Both the position numbers and the translations under genes were made by a program. Of a DNA stretch of 64,000 bases, positions 18,032 to 29,901 are shown one piece after another. Source of the DNA: a virus. Taxonomy: Duplodnaviria > Caudoviricetes. Under the pieces are notes generated by a model. That model was given only the letters and a program-made list of their open reading frames with translations, searched no databases and was not told the DNA's origin. Each line of letters starts with the position of its first letter. The stretch's first letter is position 1. The stretch spans positions 90,700 through 154,699 of IMG/VR virus record IMGVR_UViG_3300021387_000090; one strand, 5' to 3'.

Positions 18032-19018
18032 TTACAGTAAATTACTCATAATATCAGATGCCTTTTTAGTTACATCAGCCTGACCACGAATATATCTTTC
18101 CGTAGTAGTAGGAGAATTATGTCCCATTGCTTTCTGTACGAAATAAATATCCTTTGTTGCCTCGTATAATTGCGTACCATACGTTGCACGAAGTTTATGA
18201 GGTGTAATATGTTTTCCGTTAATATCACAAGCATACTTGGTTACAATTGCACAAAGACCATCATCTTTCAACCTATCACCATACTGATTCAGAAACAAAG
18301 CAGAAGTCTGTTTACCGTTTAAAACTGCGTCTCTACGCTTAAGCCATTCAACAATAGCGTCTTCGGTTCCTTTATTCAACTGATAATCTTTTACCTTCCC
18401 GCCTTTATCTGTAACCCAAAGTATATGTCTCTCTAAATCTACATTCTCTACGTCCAAACTTTGCATAGCTGATCTTCTAATACCAGTAGTAAGAAATACA
18501 AGAATAATAGCATAGTCTCTTTCTTTCATACGCATTTGACAGCGTTTAGCGTTTTCACTACCAACCCCCTCTTTAACGGAGGTAAGATATACTTTCAATT
18601 CTTCTTTTGTCAAAAAGCTTTTTGCTCTTTTTTCAATAGTCTTTTGGCTTTCAATAGGTTTTGGACGAGCAATAGAATCCATATAATTAGTTGGCAAAAT
18701 ATTAACTTTAACTAAATATTCATTATACAACTTAAGAGCATGATATTGTTGAATCATAAAGCTGCTTGTTTTAGCTTCACCATTTTCATCATAAGCGGTA
18801 CTACTCATAAAATAAGTAAAATCATCAAACCCCAATTCATTTGGCTTCTTATGTAAATCATGTAAAAGTCTATCTGCAATGGCGATATAACGATATACAG
18901 TATTCAAAGATTTATTAATGCGAAGATAATTATAAAATCCTCTTACATCAGGATGCGAAAGTAAATAATTTTCAATAGTATTAATACGATCATTTTTCAT
19001 TTCGTTGTAACCAGTCAT
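18032..19018 (-). CDS. Tyrosine recombinase/integrase (XerC/D-like; SPbeta YopP-like)
   Basis: Catalytic set TGIRR, KGGK, HKLR, MGH and ERY present. Confidence 0.9.
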   Translation of the reverse strand: MTGYNEMKNDRINTIENYLLSHPDVRGFYNYLRINKSLNTVYRYIAIADRLLHDLHKKPNELGFDDFTYFMSSTAYDENGEAKTSSFMIQQYHALKLYNEYLVKVNILPTNYMDSIARPKPIESQKTIEKRAKSFLTKEELKVYLTSVKEGVGSENAKRCQMRMKERDYAIILVFLTTGIRRSAMQSLDVENVDLERHILWVTDKGGKVKDYQLNKGTEDAIVEWLKRRDAVLNGKQTSALFLNQYGDRLKDDGLCAIVTKYACDINGKHITPHKLRATYGTQLYEATKDIYFVQKAMGHNSPTTTERYIRGQADVTKKASDIMSNLL

Positions 19019-19030
19019 TATTCGGCCTCC

Positions 19031-20299
19031 TTAATTTTTTCTTCGCTTTGCCTTGCGCTCTTCTTCTTTTTTCTTATCACGCTCTATTTTCTCTTTATTA
19101 TATTTCGCACTAGAATATTGTAAAGCTGAAATTTCAGGATGAACAAGACCCAATCTGCCAAAAATTTCGTATTCGATGACAACACTATTAAGATGTTCTT
19201 TATCTGTTCCACTAAAAAATTCACGATATCCTTTACAATAAACCAATGAAAGCCTACTAATAATCGAATCAATAACGCTAGTTACTCTTCGATAATCTCT
19301 ATATTTATCATCCCAATTCGGCAATTCATTATATTCCCAAAATTTATTTCGGAAATCATCTAATATATTTCTAATAAGTCTTACATACGGATCTACCTCT
19401 TCTTGCATTGAACGTAATTTTATATCTTTTCTAATTTTATCTTCCCAATCTGGATCATATGGAAATAAATTATAAGGATCCATTTTCTTTTTCAACTTCT
19501 TATCTTTAGAATACTGATAAGCTTTAAGCTGGCGGGGCTGTTCTTTTTCAATTTTTGCATTTGTTCGAATATTAACTTCTGCCTGAAATCCCAAATCTTT
19601 TGTTAAATCTTCTAAAACTTTTAATGCTTCTTTATATTCCATCATAGCCTGAATTACATAAGGCTTCATTTCATCGCAACAATTTGGTTCAGTATTCCAA
19701 ACATTGGCATTACAAAAATTATTTTTTTCTACCTCTTTTCTGCGTTTAACTTCTTCGTCCCACTCATTTTCCTTCTTTCTTTTTTCTTCCTCAATAAGCT
19801 TGGGAGAAGCGCTCAACAAATGATGTCCTTTCCCATAAATCTGATCCAGTTCCATTACATATCTATAATATGCAGTTTCTCTTTTTTCCCGATCTTTAAT
19901 TTTCTCAATTTCTTCAAGTCTATGGATAATCGTATCAAGATTATCCATAGTTCTCAGATATGATTGATAATCATAAGAAAAATATGCGTATCCATATTCA
20001 AATACATGATTGGATCTATTAATATAATGATGAGCAGGAATCATTAAAATATATAAGCATATTAATCCAATAATATAAATATATCCACCATTAAACAGTG
20101 GCATAACGATCCCTAACCCAATCCAAAGTGGAGCATAAAAAGTCAAAACATACATTACTTTTAGAATTGGCTCTTTAGACAAAGCATTTCCAATTTTAGC
20201 ATCTTTTAAAAATCTACTAGTAAAAATAGGAAGATTATGACCATATTCTTTTTCACCCTGACTAACAAAATTATCTTTCTTAGTCAATTCCTTACTCAT
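19031..20299 (-). CDS. Membrane-anchored hypothetical protein
   Basis: Two N-terminal hydrophobic helices followed by a charged domain. Confidence 0.65.
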   Translation of the reverse strand: MSKELTKKDNFVSQGEKEYGHNLPIFTSRFLKDAKIGNALSKEPILKVMYVLTFYAPLWIGLGIVMPLFNGGYIYIIGLICLYILMIPAHHYINRSNHVFEYGYAYFSYDYQSYLRTMDNLDTIIHRLEEIEKIKDREKRETAYYRYVMELDQIYGKGHHLLSASPKLIEEEKRKKENEWDEEVKRRKEVEKNNFCNANVWNTEPNCCDEMKPYVIQAMMEYKEALKVLEDLTKDLGFQAEVNIRTNAKIEKEQPRQLKAYQYSKDKKLKKKMDPYNLFPYDPDWEDKIRKDIKLRSMQEEVDPYVRLIRNILDDFRNKFWEYNELPNWDDKYRDYRRVTSVIDSIISRLSLVYCKGYREFFSGTDKEHLNSVVIEYEIFGRLGLVHPEISALQYSSAKYNKEKIERDKKKEEERKAKRRKN

Positions 20300-21060
20300 C
20301 TCTGCCCTCCTTTCCTACACTCACACATTAGTCTGCCTTGAATTATGATATTGGTTTCCATATTCATAATTATAGCCGTTCTCTTCTTCACTCTTCACCC
20401 AACGACATTACCGCTCATTGTTTTCCAGAACTCGTTACCTTTATATTCCTTGAATCCATGTACCTTCTTGCATACAGGACACCATAGATCCTTAATATGT
20501 CCCTTTTCTCTCTGCCTATACATTCTTGGTAAAGGCATTACGGTTTCACATCCAAGACCAACAAAACGAGATGACTTATAAATATTGTTTCTTCTTTGCA
20601 TTTTATTACCTTCTTTCCTCATTATAAAGTATTCCATCTTCTCTGTCAAACAACTCGTTAAACCACTTAAGTTCCTCATTCTCAAAGAAACTATCAATAC
20701 GAATATTATCTCTAATCTCTTTTAGCTTCTCAAATAGTTCTGCTTCATCCTGTGTTTCAGTCCGATTCCAATCAACCCATACAGTTTCAAATGTGTTGTT
20801 ATCTTCACACCTCATATAAATATCAAACCGCTTTCCATCTTCATCGTGCCATTTATTAATAGCAATAACAATCTCTCTATCAATTTCGCTTTCACCATCT
20901 ACCTCATCACTCTGAAGTTCAGCAATGATATAATAGCCTACATAGTCTGTAATATTATTGGTATCACCAAGATCAACGGCATCAGAAGCAATCTGTCTTA
21001 AGGTCGCATCAGAGTAATCAATAAGTTCCAGTTTATTAATATTCATTTTAATCTCCTTTT

Positions 21061-21489
21061 TTAACTGCACTTTTTCAAGAATGACTCTATCGCTTTTAAA
21101 AGTTCAATTATATCTTCTTTGTTTGAATAAGTACTAATTCTTTCTGCGAACTCAAGACAATTGTTAAAATATGGATTTTTTATCCTTTCCTTAAAAACTC
21201 TCAATGCTTGTTCAGTTTCTTTAAAATCTATTGTATCAATTCTAAGTTCCATATTTTCATTGCCAGATATAAATGTTTTTAAATATTCCTTATCTTCATC
21301 ATTAATTTCTTTATCAATATAATCAATTGGGAATCCATAATAACTTGATATAGCATTCTTCATTTTATCAGAGATTTTTAGTTTTCGATTTTCCCATTTA
21401 GAAAGTGAACTAATATCTCTTTCTAAAGGTTTAACAAAATCTTCTCCCTTAATTCCTGTCAGCAACCTCATGTATCGTAATCCAATCAT
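21061..21489 (-). CDS. XRE-family HTH transcriptional regulator
   Basis: LRYMRLL...SSLSKWEN...ISSYYG pattern. Confidence 0.65.
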   Translation of the reverse strand: MIGLRYMRLLTGIKGEDFVKPLERDISSLSKWENRKLKISDKMKNAISSYYGFPIDYIDKEINDEDKEYLKTFISGNENMELRIDTIDFKETEQALRVFKERIKNPYFNNCLEFAERISTYSNKEDIIELLKAIESFLKKCS

Positions 21490-22886
21490 TATCTGTTCTC
21501 CTTATATTTCATCTCCCTTACCATGGCTGAACTACAAACACATCGCCAATACTCTTATAATTCTCAATAGAACTCACATACATCCAACCTGAGATCATGT
21601 TACCATTTTCTTCGGTCTTCTTAATCCGTCCCTTTGTATCAGGGTACATTTCTGAAAGCTTTTCAATTGCTTCTTCGTAGCTTTTAGCTAATACGATACC
21701 CCTGTCACCATAATCTCTTTCGTATACCCATCCATATTCCTTCAACAACTCATTTAATGCAGTAATCATAATCATTCCTCCTCACAGACAGCAATAACAA
21801 CACGGCTCTTCAATAATGCTGGTATCCATTGTGCATCTTATCTTATTACTCATCCAGAGATCTCCCTTATCTGATCATAAGTATTATCCAGTACTTCAAT
21901 AATATTGTCCATAGTATCAATCATTTCCTGCATCGTATCCCCACGGTCACTATCTCTAATACCATCTGGCAGATTATCATAAGCTTCTTCTTCGTCATCG
22001 TTTGCTCTGGCTATAATTAACTTCGCTTCATAAATCATTTCTGCTGCCTGTCTCAGTTTATGTCTTCTATCTTTATTCATAAGTCCTCCTTTATAATCGA
22101 CTTTTGACAATTAGCGTCCGTTGGATTAAATATTTAAACGAATATATCTTCATATCCGTCTTCAGGATTGCAGATCAATCTGCCTTTCCAATCTTCAATA
22201 ATCACTTCACAACCTATCCAATCTATAATTGTTGTTTCAGGATGTTCTCCATCTACATATTCAAACAATCTATCTGCAATTGTTTTATTCCCTCTAGCAA
22301 TACGCAGAAAATCTTTTGCATTGTACCAATCTGTATTACCAAATGCTACTTCATCATCTGGTGCATAACATGGTGATGACAAGTTATTGTAATATGCGTT
22401 CCAGTTCTTATAGATATGCCATCCATCGCCATAGTAGGCTTCCTTCTGAAACCCATCCAATGTTAAGCGACCAACTGTTTTAGGCAGTTCCTTCATAAAT
22501 CGACTTCCTTTCTTCGAATGAAATTGTGAACAAAGTGTGAAATTTGGATCGAATGGGTGTACTATAGATTTAACTATATTAATGATGTTTTTAGGTACGT
22601 TTATTGATTCGAAATTCAAAGCCCTTATTTTACTTGGCTTCCGGGGCTTTAAACTCATTTATTTTCGTTTTTGCAAAAGTGCAATATTTGCACTTTGAAA
22701 ATTAATACGACTATATTTTAACCTTTTATTCAACTTACTCATTTCCTTAATACTTATATAAAGAAATCTACCCATAACCTTTTCGGTTGATAAAGTTATC
22801 GACCATACCCCTTTATCCTTTCTCCTTACAATTCCTGTAGTAAGAATTAAGCATAGAATTGATCTCTGTACTCTTTAACCTCTCTA

Positions 22887-23138
22887 TTAATTCATCTTGT
22901 TCAGCAATGCCTGAAGACCTTCCAGTTCCTTACCACTAAGTGTGATTCCCTTGCGACATACTTCCTTCCCAGTATCATCTACCTTCCAGTACCTGAGATC
23001 ATATTTTTCAGCGCCGCCATTCCATTTCATGTATCTCAACTTCATTTCCCAATCCTTGTCAGTGCAAACTGTTCCACACTCTTCCAGAACTTCATAGGTA
23101 AAATCATTATTCTTTTCTGTAGTCTTTTTAAATGCCAT
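22887..23138 (-). CDS. PC4/YdbC-family ssDNA-binding protein
   Basis: MKWNGG..KYDLRYW...KGITLS.KEL motif; likely start at MAFKK after AGGAG. Confidence 0.8.
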   Translation of the reverse strand: MAFKKTTEKNNDFTYEVLEECGTVCTDKDWEMKLRYMKWNGGAEKYDLRYWKVDDTGKEVCRKGITLSGKELEGLQALLNKMN

Positions 23139-26100
23139 ATTATTTATTCTCCTTTTTTTCATCTTCATTATCTTTAAGTCCGGCACTACTCATAATCCAA
23201 AATGCAATTCCAAAGAGCAATCCTGATACAAAAGTGCAACCAAATGTATTTTCATTTGGTTCAGCCATAACACTAATCCACAATAATGATGCGGCGAAAA
23301 ATACAACAACAAAGGTTAATGCACAATAAATTATTCTATTCATTTATTCCTCCTCAGTGATAGTCCTCAGTGATAGTAGGAAATAATTCAGAATTTCCTT
23401 CGGGCCATAGATGATTTGCCTTTTCAACAGCTTCGTCTTCATTCTTTGCAAATACATCAATAACGACTACATAAGTTAATCTGTACTTTTTATTTTCTTT
23501 TTCTAGTTCTTCCATCAGATAATAATCAGCGCCACCTTTATATTTCTGATCAAGGATATTTCTGATAATGTCTTCTTTGGTAATATTGTAGTCTACTTTC
23601 TGATATACCATAGATCCGTAAGGATCTTCACAATAACAAACAATATATTTACCTTCTGGAATTTTATAATCAAATTCTCTTATATGATCTTTTCTTTCTA
23701 AACATTGTTCGTGGAACATATCCTTAGATCTATTACAAGGTACATATCCTATAATTTCAGCGTCTGGATAAGCGTCATAAAAATCAGCATCATCCCTTCC
23801 GTCCCAAAAATAATATTCATTATTACTTGCTTTAAATAAAATTCTATCATTTTCGTGAGTCATTTTCCTTACCTCCTTAATTATAATTACACACAATTGA
23901 TTCCAAATTATCTTCAATATTGATTAGTTCGTATGCAAATTCAATCCATTCTCTTGTACAGATAAACTGAATTAAAGAAGGATCCTCAACAAGACTATTC
24001 CTTGAAAAACTTGTTATATGATTTTTTAATCCATGATGTTTATGGCAAAGCCAAAAATCAATCATAGTTTTATGATCATAACCCTGCATAATTTCTACAT
24101 AATATTCGTCAGCAACATCAATTCGTTTTACTTCACCCTCATTCGGCAGATCAATCTTATACTTATCGTTCATTTTTATCTCCTTTCTTTTCCTTTTCAT
24201 TATATTAATTAATCATACCAACAGTACAAATTTTCAATATCGAATTCATCTGCATATCTAAAAAGATCGGTAAAATCCTTTATCGTTTCCATATCTTTTT
24301 CAGCATATGTGCCATCTACACCCTCAATAGACACTCTATAATCATGTCTTTCAGGCGAGACTACATATCCATACGCTGTGAAGCCGGGATGATCTACCAT
24401 GAAATCATAGATGTCTTTAATACAAGGAGCGTCGTTCTGCTGTTCTTCTGGATCTGCAAAATGTTCATCTAAAAGAGCCTTTAAAGTATCTACATTCATT
24501 TCTTTAAAATGATAAATACCACCCCACCTATATTTTTCAATATCTGCCTCTCCAGAAATAAGTTCGTCTCTTTTTTCCCAATCTTTGTTGTATTCAAATT
24601 CCATTTTATTACTCCTTTCTAGTATAATTTATTAGTTGTTATTATTATCAATACCATTCCTGATAAAAGAAAGCATTACTCTTTGTCCATCTAGGTTTTC
24701 TGAATTTATATCCATACTTTCTGCACATCTTACTGATCTCGTTCAGCATATCATCACTAAGACTGTGCATCCCACAATTCTGAATTTCTTTCGTGGTTTC
24801 TTCGAAGTACATATCATAAATCTTTTCCTGAAGTTCGTAAAACTTACGCCAGTAAGCCACTTCTTTTTGCTTGTATACAATAAGATGCCTCGGCTTATTT
24901 ACGATATAATTCTCAAATTCTTCGTTAGTAAAATTAACAATAATTTTCTTTTTACGGTAATCGCTAGATCCATACTCATATTCAATATCAGCAGTATTAC
25001 GATAAGAAGCTCGGAATAAATAGTAATCATCAGGAATATTATGTTCCCTTTTTACCTTTTCCAGATCGCAGTATTTAATATTAACAGGAACAGTAATAGT
25101 ATATGGAAGAAGATCTTCAATAAATTCTTCGTTTTTCTGATCAACTTCTTCCTTAATATAATAGGAGAAATCAGGAAGATCAGAGATCTCTTTATAACTC
25201 ATATTATTCAGCATTGCAATTTCCTTCTTGGTCATCTTCTTAACTTCATACATCCACATATCAAGTCCCATATTATTCTCCTTTTATTGTTATTAAACAT
25301 CACAACTAATACCGTAATAACAAATCCATTTTCCATTTACGTTGAATAAGCTATGCCAACTGGTAAACAACTGGCCTGTACAGTCATAAGGCGAAGGATA
25401 ATAAAATAATTCTTCGTTTTCATGGAACCATTCTTCCGCATCAAATTTTGTTTTTACATATTCAGGACATTCGACCCTTAAGATATAACCATCAATTCCA
25501 TAATCATGGATAATTCTTCTATCAGAAACAGTTTCCTTATTTCTTTTACGGATTTCTTCTTTAATCTGTCGAATGAACTGCTGAATAATTGGATTCATGG
25601 TGCGGTCTTTATTTATATATTCAGTTTTTAATATATGTAAAAATTCATATAAACGTCTTGTCGTATAATCTGAAAACATATTTATATAAGACCCCCTTTC
25701 TATTTAATTTTTCTTGTAATACTTTGTATCAAAAATCTTTTCAACCATACAGAACTGAATAATTTCAATAGAACTGTCAACATTTTTTGCAATCTCTCTG
25801 GTAAGTCGAACTAGATCCTGAATAAATTCCTTTGTCATCAATTCATTTTCTTCTAATTCATCAATATCTTTATCTGTAATAGATACGGCCTGTCTATAGC
25901 CAATATCTAACAGATGTGCGGTTGCCATTATGAATACATCTAAACGGTTGTTATCATAAATTTTCTTCAGATTCTTATACATCATTTTCTCCTTTTTAAT
26001 CTTCAATTCTCTTATAAATTACCATTACTTTAGTAACGCCATGCGGCATTGGCATAGGCTTAATATCAATAATGTTCATCTCGTATTTTTCAAGAAACAT

Positions 26101-26258
26101 ATTAAGTTCCTTTGCGTGTATATCATCTTGTTCAACTTCAAATAACTTTACACGAATACCAGACATTTTGTAGTAACCATAATTCGTGTTATAATTTTCC
26201 ATTTTTATTTACCTTTCTGGGAGACGGATTGTTAGTCCGTCTCCCTTGGTGTGTAAGA

Positions 26259-27194
26259 TTAAGCGGCTTTAATCAATTCATAAGCCTTATCCATAAGTGC
26301 ATGACCATCAATTACATTCATAAACAGATTCTCTTTGTAACTCTTAGTCAGTCGCAGTGGCTCAGAATGAGTTACAAAGTCACTGACTGCATTCAGGAAT
26401 CTATAACCAGATTTTTCAATATCTCTCAGATCAGGTGCCTCCTGATAGCGATACATCAGTTCCGCTCTCTTCTCCGTGATATTCAGAATCTTTCTCTTCG
26501 TATCATTTTCTTCATCCATAGGGAGAAGCGCATCAATGAACTCTTTTACCTTGTCATCGGTCAGCTTCTTCAACTTCAGTTCTCCAAATTCTTCTTCCAT
26601 TTTGTCCAGATAATTTTCTGCTCTGGAGAGAGTTTCATAAGCTTCCTGCAGCTTTCCCTGAACGTCTCCCTTGTGCATACAAGACCACGACCGGGATGCA
26701 CCGTTCAATGCCATATTCAAGGTATTCTGGCAAACCACGCGAACATTTGTCAGTGCTACTTTAATGGCTCCAGTACCATCATGGCTGTTAGTGAACACCA
26801 GATACGGCAGAAACTGTTCATCGGTCATCATTCTACCTTCCATTTTTGCAAGCAACCAAACTCGCTTACCAGAGGAAAGAGAGCCAGCAGTTTCATACTT
26901 AACACCCTCGCCCAGAAGAGCATCTGTAAAGTCAAATGCTTCTTCGTTCTGGCAAATACGATAACGGTTAGTAACCATACCAAGAGGTTTATTATCAATA
27001 TCTCTTACGTTAATTTTGAACCCCGGAATCAGAATGCCTGTCTCTTTATCTACCACATCATGCTGAATTACTTTCCAATCGAGTCCTGCCAACTTAATAG
27101 CATCTTTCGAAGTAGGGGCCTCCTGTACAATAATTCCCTGATTATGCCACGGTACTTCACGAACGCTGAACATATTTTCCACACAAGCTGCCAT
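26259..27194 (-). CDS. DUF932-family phage/plasmid protein
   Basis: REVPWH, YETAGSL..GKRVW, NSHDG and RVVCQNTL motifs. Confidence 0.85.
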   Translation of the reverse strand: MAACVENMFSVREVPWHNQGIIVQEAPTSKDAIKLAGLDWKVIQHDVVDKETGILIPGFKINVRDIDNKPLGMVTNRYRICQNEEAFDFTDALLGEGVKYETAGSLSSGKRVWLLAKMEGRMMTDEQFLPYLVFTNSHDGTGAIKVALTNVRVVCQNTLNMALNGASRSWSCMHKGDVQGKLQEAYETLSRAENYLDKMEEEFGELKLKKLTDDKVKEFIDALLPMDEENDTKRKILNITEKRAELMYRYQEAPDLRDIEKSGYRFLNAVSDFVTHSEPLRLTKSYKENLFMNVIDGHALMDKAYELIKAA

Positions 27195-28580
27195 GATAAT
27201 AATCTCCTTTTCTTTGTTTTATATATTGTTGTTTGTTTTGTTTGTTTGCTTTGTATTATCTACTCTATGAACAATTCAACTCATATCTGCTTTGTCTACA
27301 CAAATCAACCTGTCTTCCGTCAAATCTTCATTGAATTCACTTTTCCAGAATTCATAGAGGATTCCCGTATTATCCCAATCGCAAATATCATGCCAGATAA
27401 TTCCAGCACCATAATAACCGAAAATTAACGAGTGATTCTCAAAGAATTTCGTACATGCAATTCCATACCATCCAATAGGTTCTCCCTCTTTATATAGATC
27501 TTCAGGTGTATCAGCAGTAAAACCGATTTCCTTCTCGGGATGTTCCATTGCATAATCAATCAGTTCCTGTGGTGTAACAAATTTCCATTTAATAGCTCCC
27601 ATTATTGTACCCCCTTAGAAGTAAGAATAGACGCTAACATCATGGTCAATCCATTTGTCAAAGGTCAGATTCAATTTCAATTTCTCTACCACGTTCTTAA
27701 GCAATCCCTTATCCATATAAGTGAGATCCAGAACTTCAACTTCAGGAACCATTTCCGTATATAGAATATGATCAATCTGATATGCGTTCTCTTCACCAAT
27801 GTCATATCCGAAGAGTGTGTTCAACCAAGCGTAGCGATCAATATCAAACATGTCCAGACCCTCCATAAGATTCTTGATATAGAACTCACTTGCATCACTC
27901 TTCTCATCAATATCTGTTTCCCAAAAAATATCGTTATCGAGCAGTACACCAATAGCTTCTTCTCTTGTCATTGTTATAATGTTCTCCTTTCTTACTCACT
28001 CACTGCAAATGTCACCACAATACAAGCCACCAGATTTATTTGCTCTAGTCATAAGTCGCAGGAACAGCGCCATAAGATCCTTGAAGTTATCATCTTCAAT
28101 GTAGTAGTCATAATTCTCTTCATCGCTAGGCAACATTTCAAGTTCGCCGTAAGGAATATCCTCGTCAGCTACACCAACTATGAACCAACTCATTAAAATA
28201 TCTTCGTCATTGATCTGCCTTGCAATAAACTCCATTGCCTTGACCATCTTCATACGCTCTATGTTCTTGTTCATTCTTCGACCTCCCCAAAGATTTCTTC
28301 ATATTCATCTACGTCCAAATATCTTTCTGCCCACTCTTTTGCTTTCTCAATTGTAAGCGGATAAATACGCTCACCGCTCTTCCAACAATTATTGCCACAT
28401 AATTCTGCATATCCAGTTGCGGGGCCACCAAAAGCATACATAAAATACTCACCCGTTTTCTTTCTATACAGTTCTTCTTCCCAAAACGAGAAATCATTCC
28501 GTGAAGCATTAGAACAAGCATACCCTAATTTCGTTGCGGTTTCCGTATCGTACTTCTTTCCTTTGATAATTCGCTTCATA

Positions 28581-29081
28581 TTATGCCGCTCCTTTCTTTA
28601 CCTTAATTACTTTCTTATAAATCGTTACATCATAACCCATACTTTTTATCAATTCTGCATACCAATCTGTTCTTGCGTTTCGCTGATATGTATCCCTACT
28701 AGATGCCTTACCTACGCCAGACTTATCGCCCTCATAAACCGTAAAATAAGCAGTTTCGCTTATATCACATACAGTTTTGATAATATGTTCTACTATGTCA
28801 TTCTCCGCAATAACATTCAGTACATTGCTACATACTCCATAATCAACTTTACCTTTTGGTAATGTGGATTCAGGAAGATTATATGGATCATAGGGATAGT
28901 ATTTGCATCCTTGCTCTTCTACTTTCTGTCTAATGTGTGCAATATACTTACCACATCCATAATCCAGAACGGTACTTCCCTTGTTAAATACTATCTTACT
29001 AAAAACGGCTGGCAATTTATTTTTGTTAATAGATGTGCCAGCCGAAGTGTATCTTTGAGTTTTCTTTGTTTCTAACACCAT
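28581..29081 (-). CDS. Class I SAM-dependent methyltransferase
   Basis: VLDYGCGK, YDPY and CSNVLNVI motifs. Confidence 0.8.
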   Translation of the reverse strand: MVLETKKTQRYTSAGTSINKNKLPAVFSKIVFNKGSTVLDYGCGKYIAHIRQKVEEQGCKYYPYDPYNLPESTLPKGKVDYGVCSNVLNVIAENDIVEHIIKTVCDISETAYFTVYEGDKSGVGKASSRDTYQRNARTDWYAELIKSMGYDVTIYKKVIKVKKGAA

Positions 29082-29133
29082 TTTACCTCCGAAATATGTT
29101 TATGTCAAGCATTTTTCTTTGTATTATCTATTC

Positions 29134-29901
29134 TTAATGAGCATAAACAGCGATCTTATCTCCCTTTTTACCTCTCCTGCATCGCTTGCACATGGAACAA
29201 GTCACGCCAGTTTCATGTCCGTTCTTATCCACAGCAGGACAATGGAACATATTCTTCAGTTCAGGATCTGTTCCATCATCATAATGGAACTCTGCGAATC
29301 TACGAGGATTTGCGTAATTATTGTGCCATTCGCTTACCCAAGGATGAAGATTCGGAACGGCCTTTTCCAGATCACTACCAAATTCATCTTCGATCTCTTC
29401 CAACCATTCGTATCTCTTGGTGTAGAAATAGAAAGTAGTTTCAGGATTTCTCTGAATGAATTTGATTGTTTCCATCATGTATTCATAACTGAAGAACTCG
29501 CCACCAACATGAATTCGCATGACTTTAATTTCGTTTCTGTCAATCGCAGTCTGCAATTCAGCAAAGAATGTACTAGGATCTTCCCTTGCAAGCATAGTGT
29601 TCTCACCCCATGCTTCAATTACTCTATTATGATGCAGTTTGGCAGAATTGATTGCATAACAACATCCCTTGCAACCATCACAGCAATCATTGCAAGTTCC
29701 TGCAATGTTGGTTAACTGTACACCACATTTTAATGTCAGAGGTTCGTCACCGGGAAGAAGACTGATATTCCATACACTTTTGCCAAGCTTCTCATTTCCC
29801 TGTGTAATGTGTACATGAGTATTTTCATCAATATACAGATAATACACAACACCATTGGTCAGCTTATACTTTTTTGTGTTGGGGTTTTTCTTCCTTGCCA
29901 T
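29134..29901 (-). CDS. GP88-like (radical-SAM-like) phage protein
   Basis: GNEKLG, C...C..CCYA, RIHVGGEF, FYTK and C..CKRC motifs. Confidence 0.7.
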   Translation of the reverse strand: MARKKNPNTKKYKLTNGVVYYLYIDENTHVHITQGNEKLGKSVWNISLLPGDEPLTLKCGVQLTNIAGTCNDCCDGCKGCCYAINSAKLHHNRVIEAWGENTMLAREDPSTFFAELQTAIDRNEIKVMRIHVGGEFFSYEYMMETIKFIQRNPETTFYFYTKRYEWLEEIEDEFGSDLEKAVPNLHPWVSEWHNNYANPRRFAEFHYDDGTDPELKNMFHCPAVDKNGHETGVTCSMCKRCRRGKKGDKIAVYAH

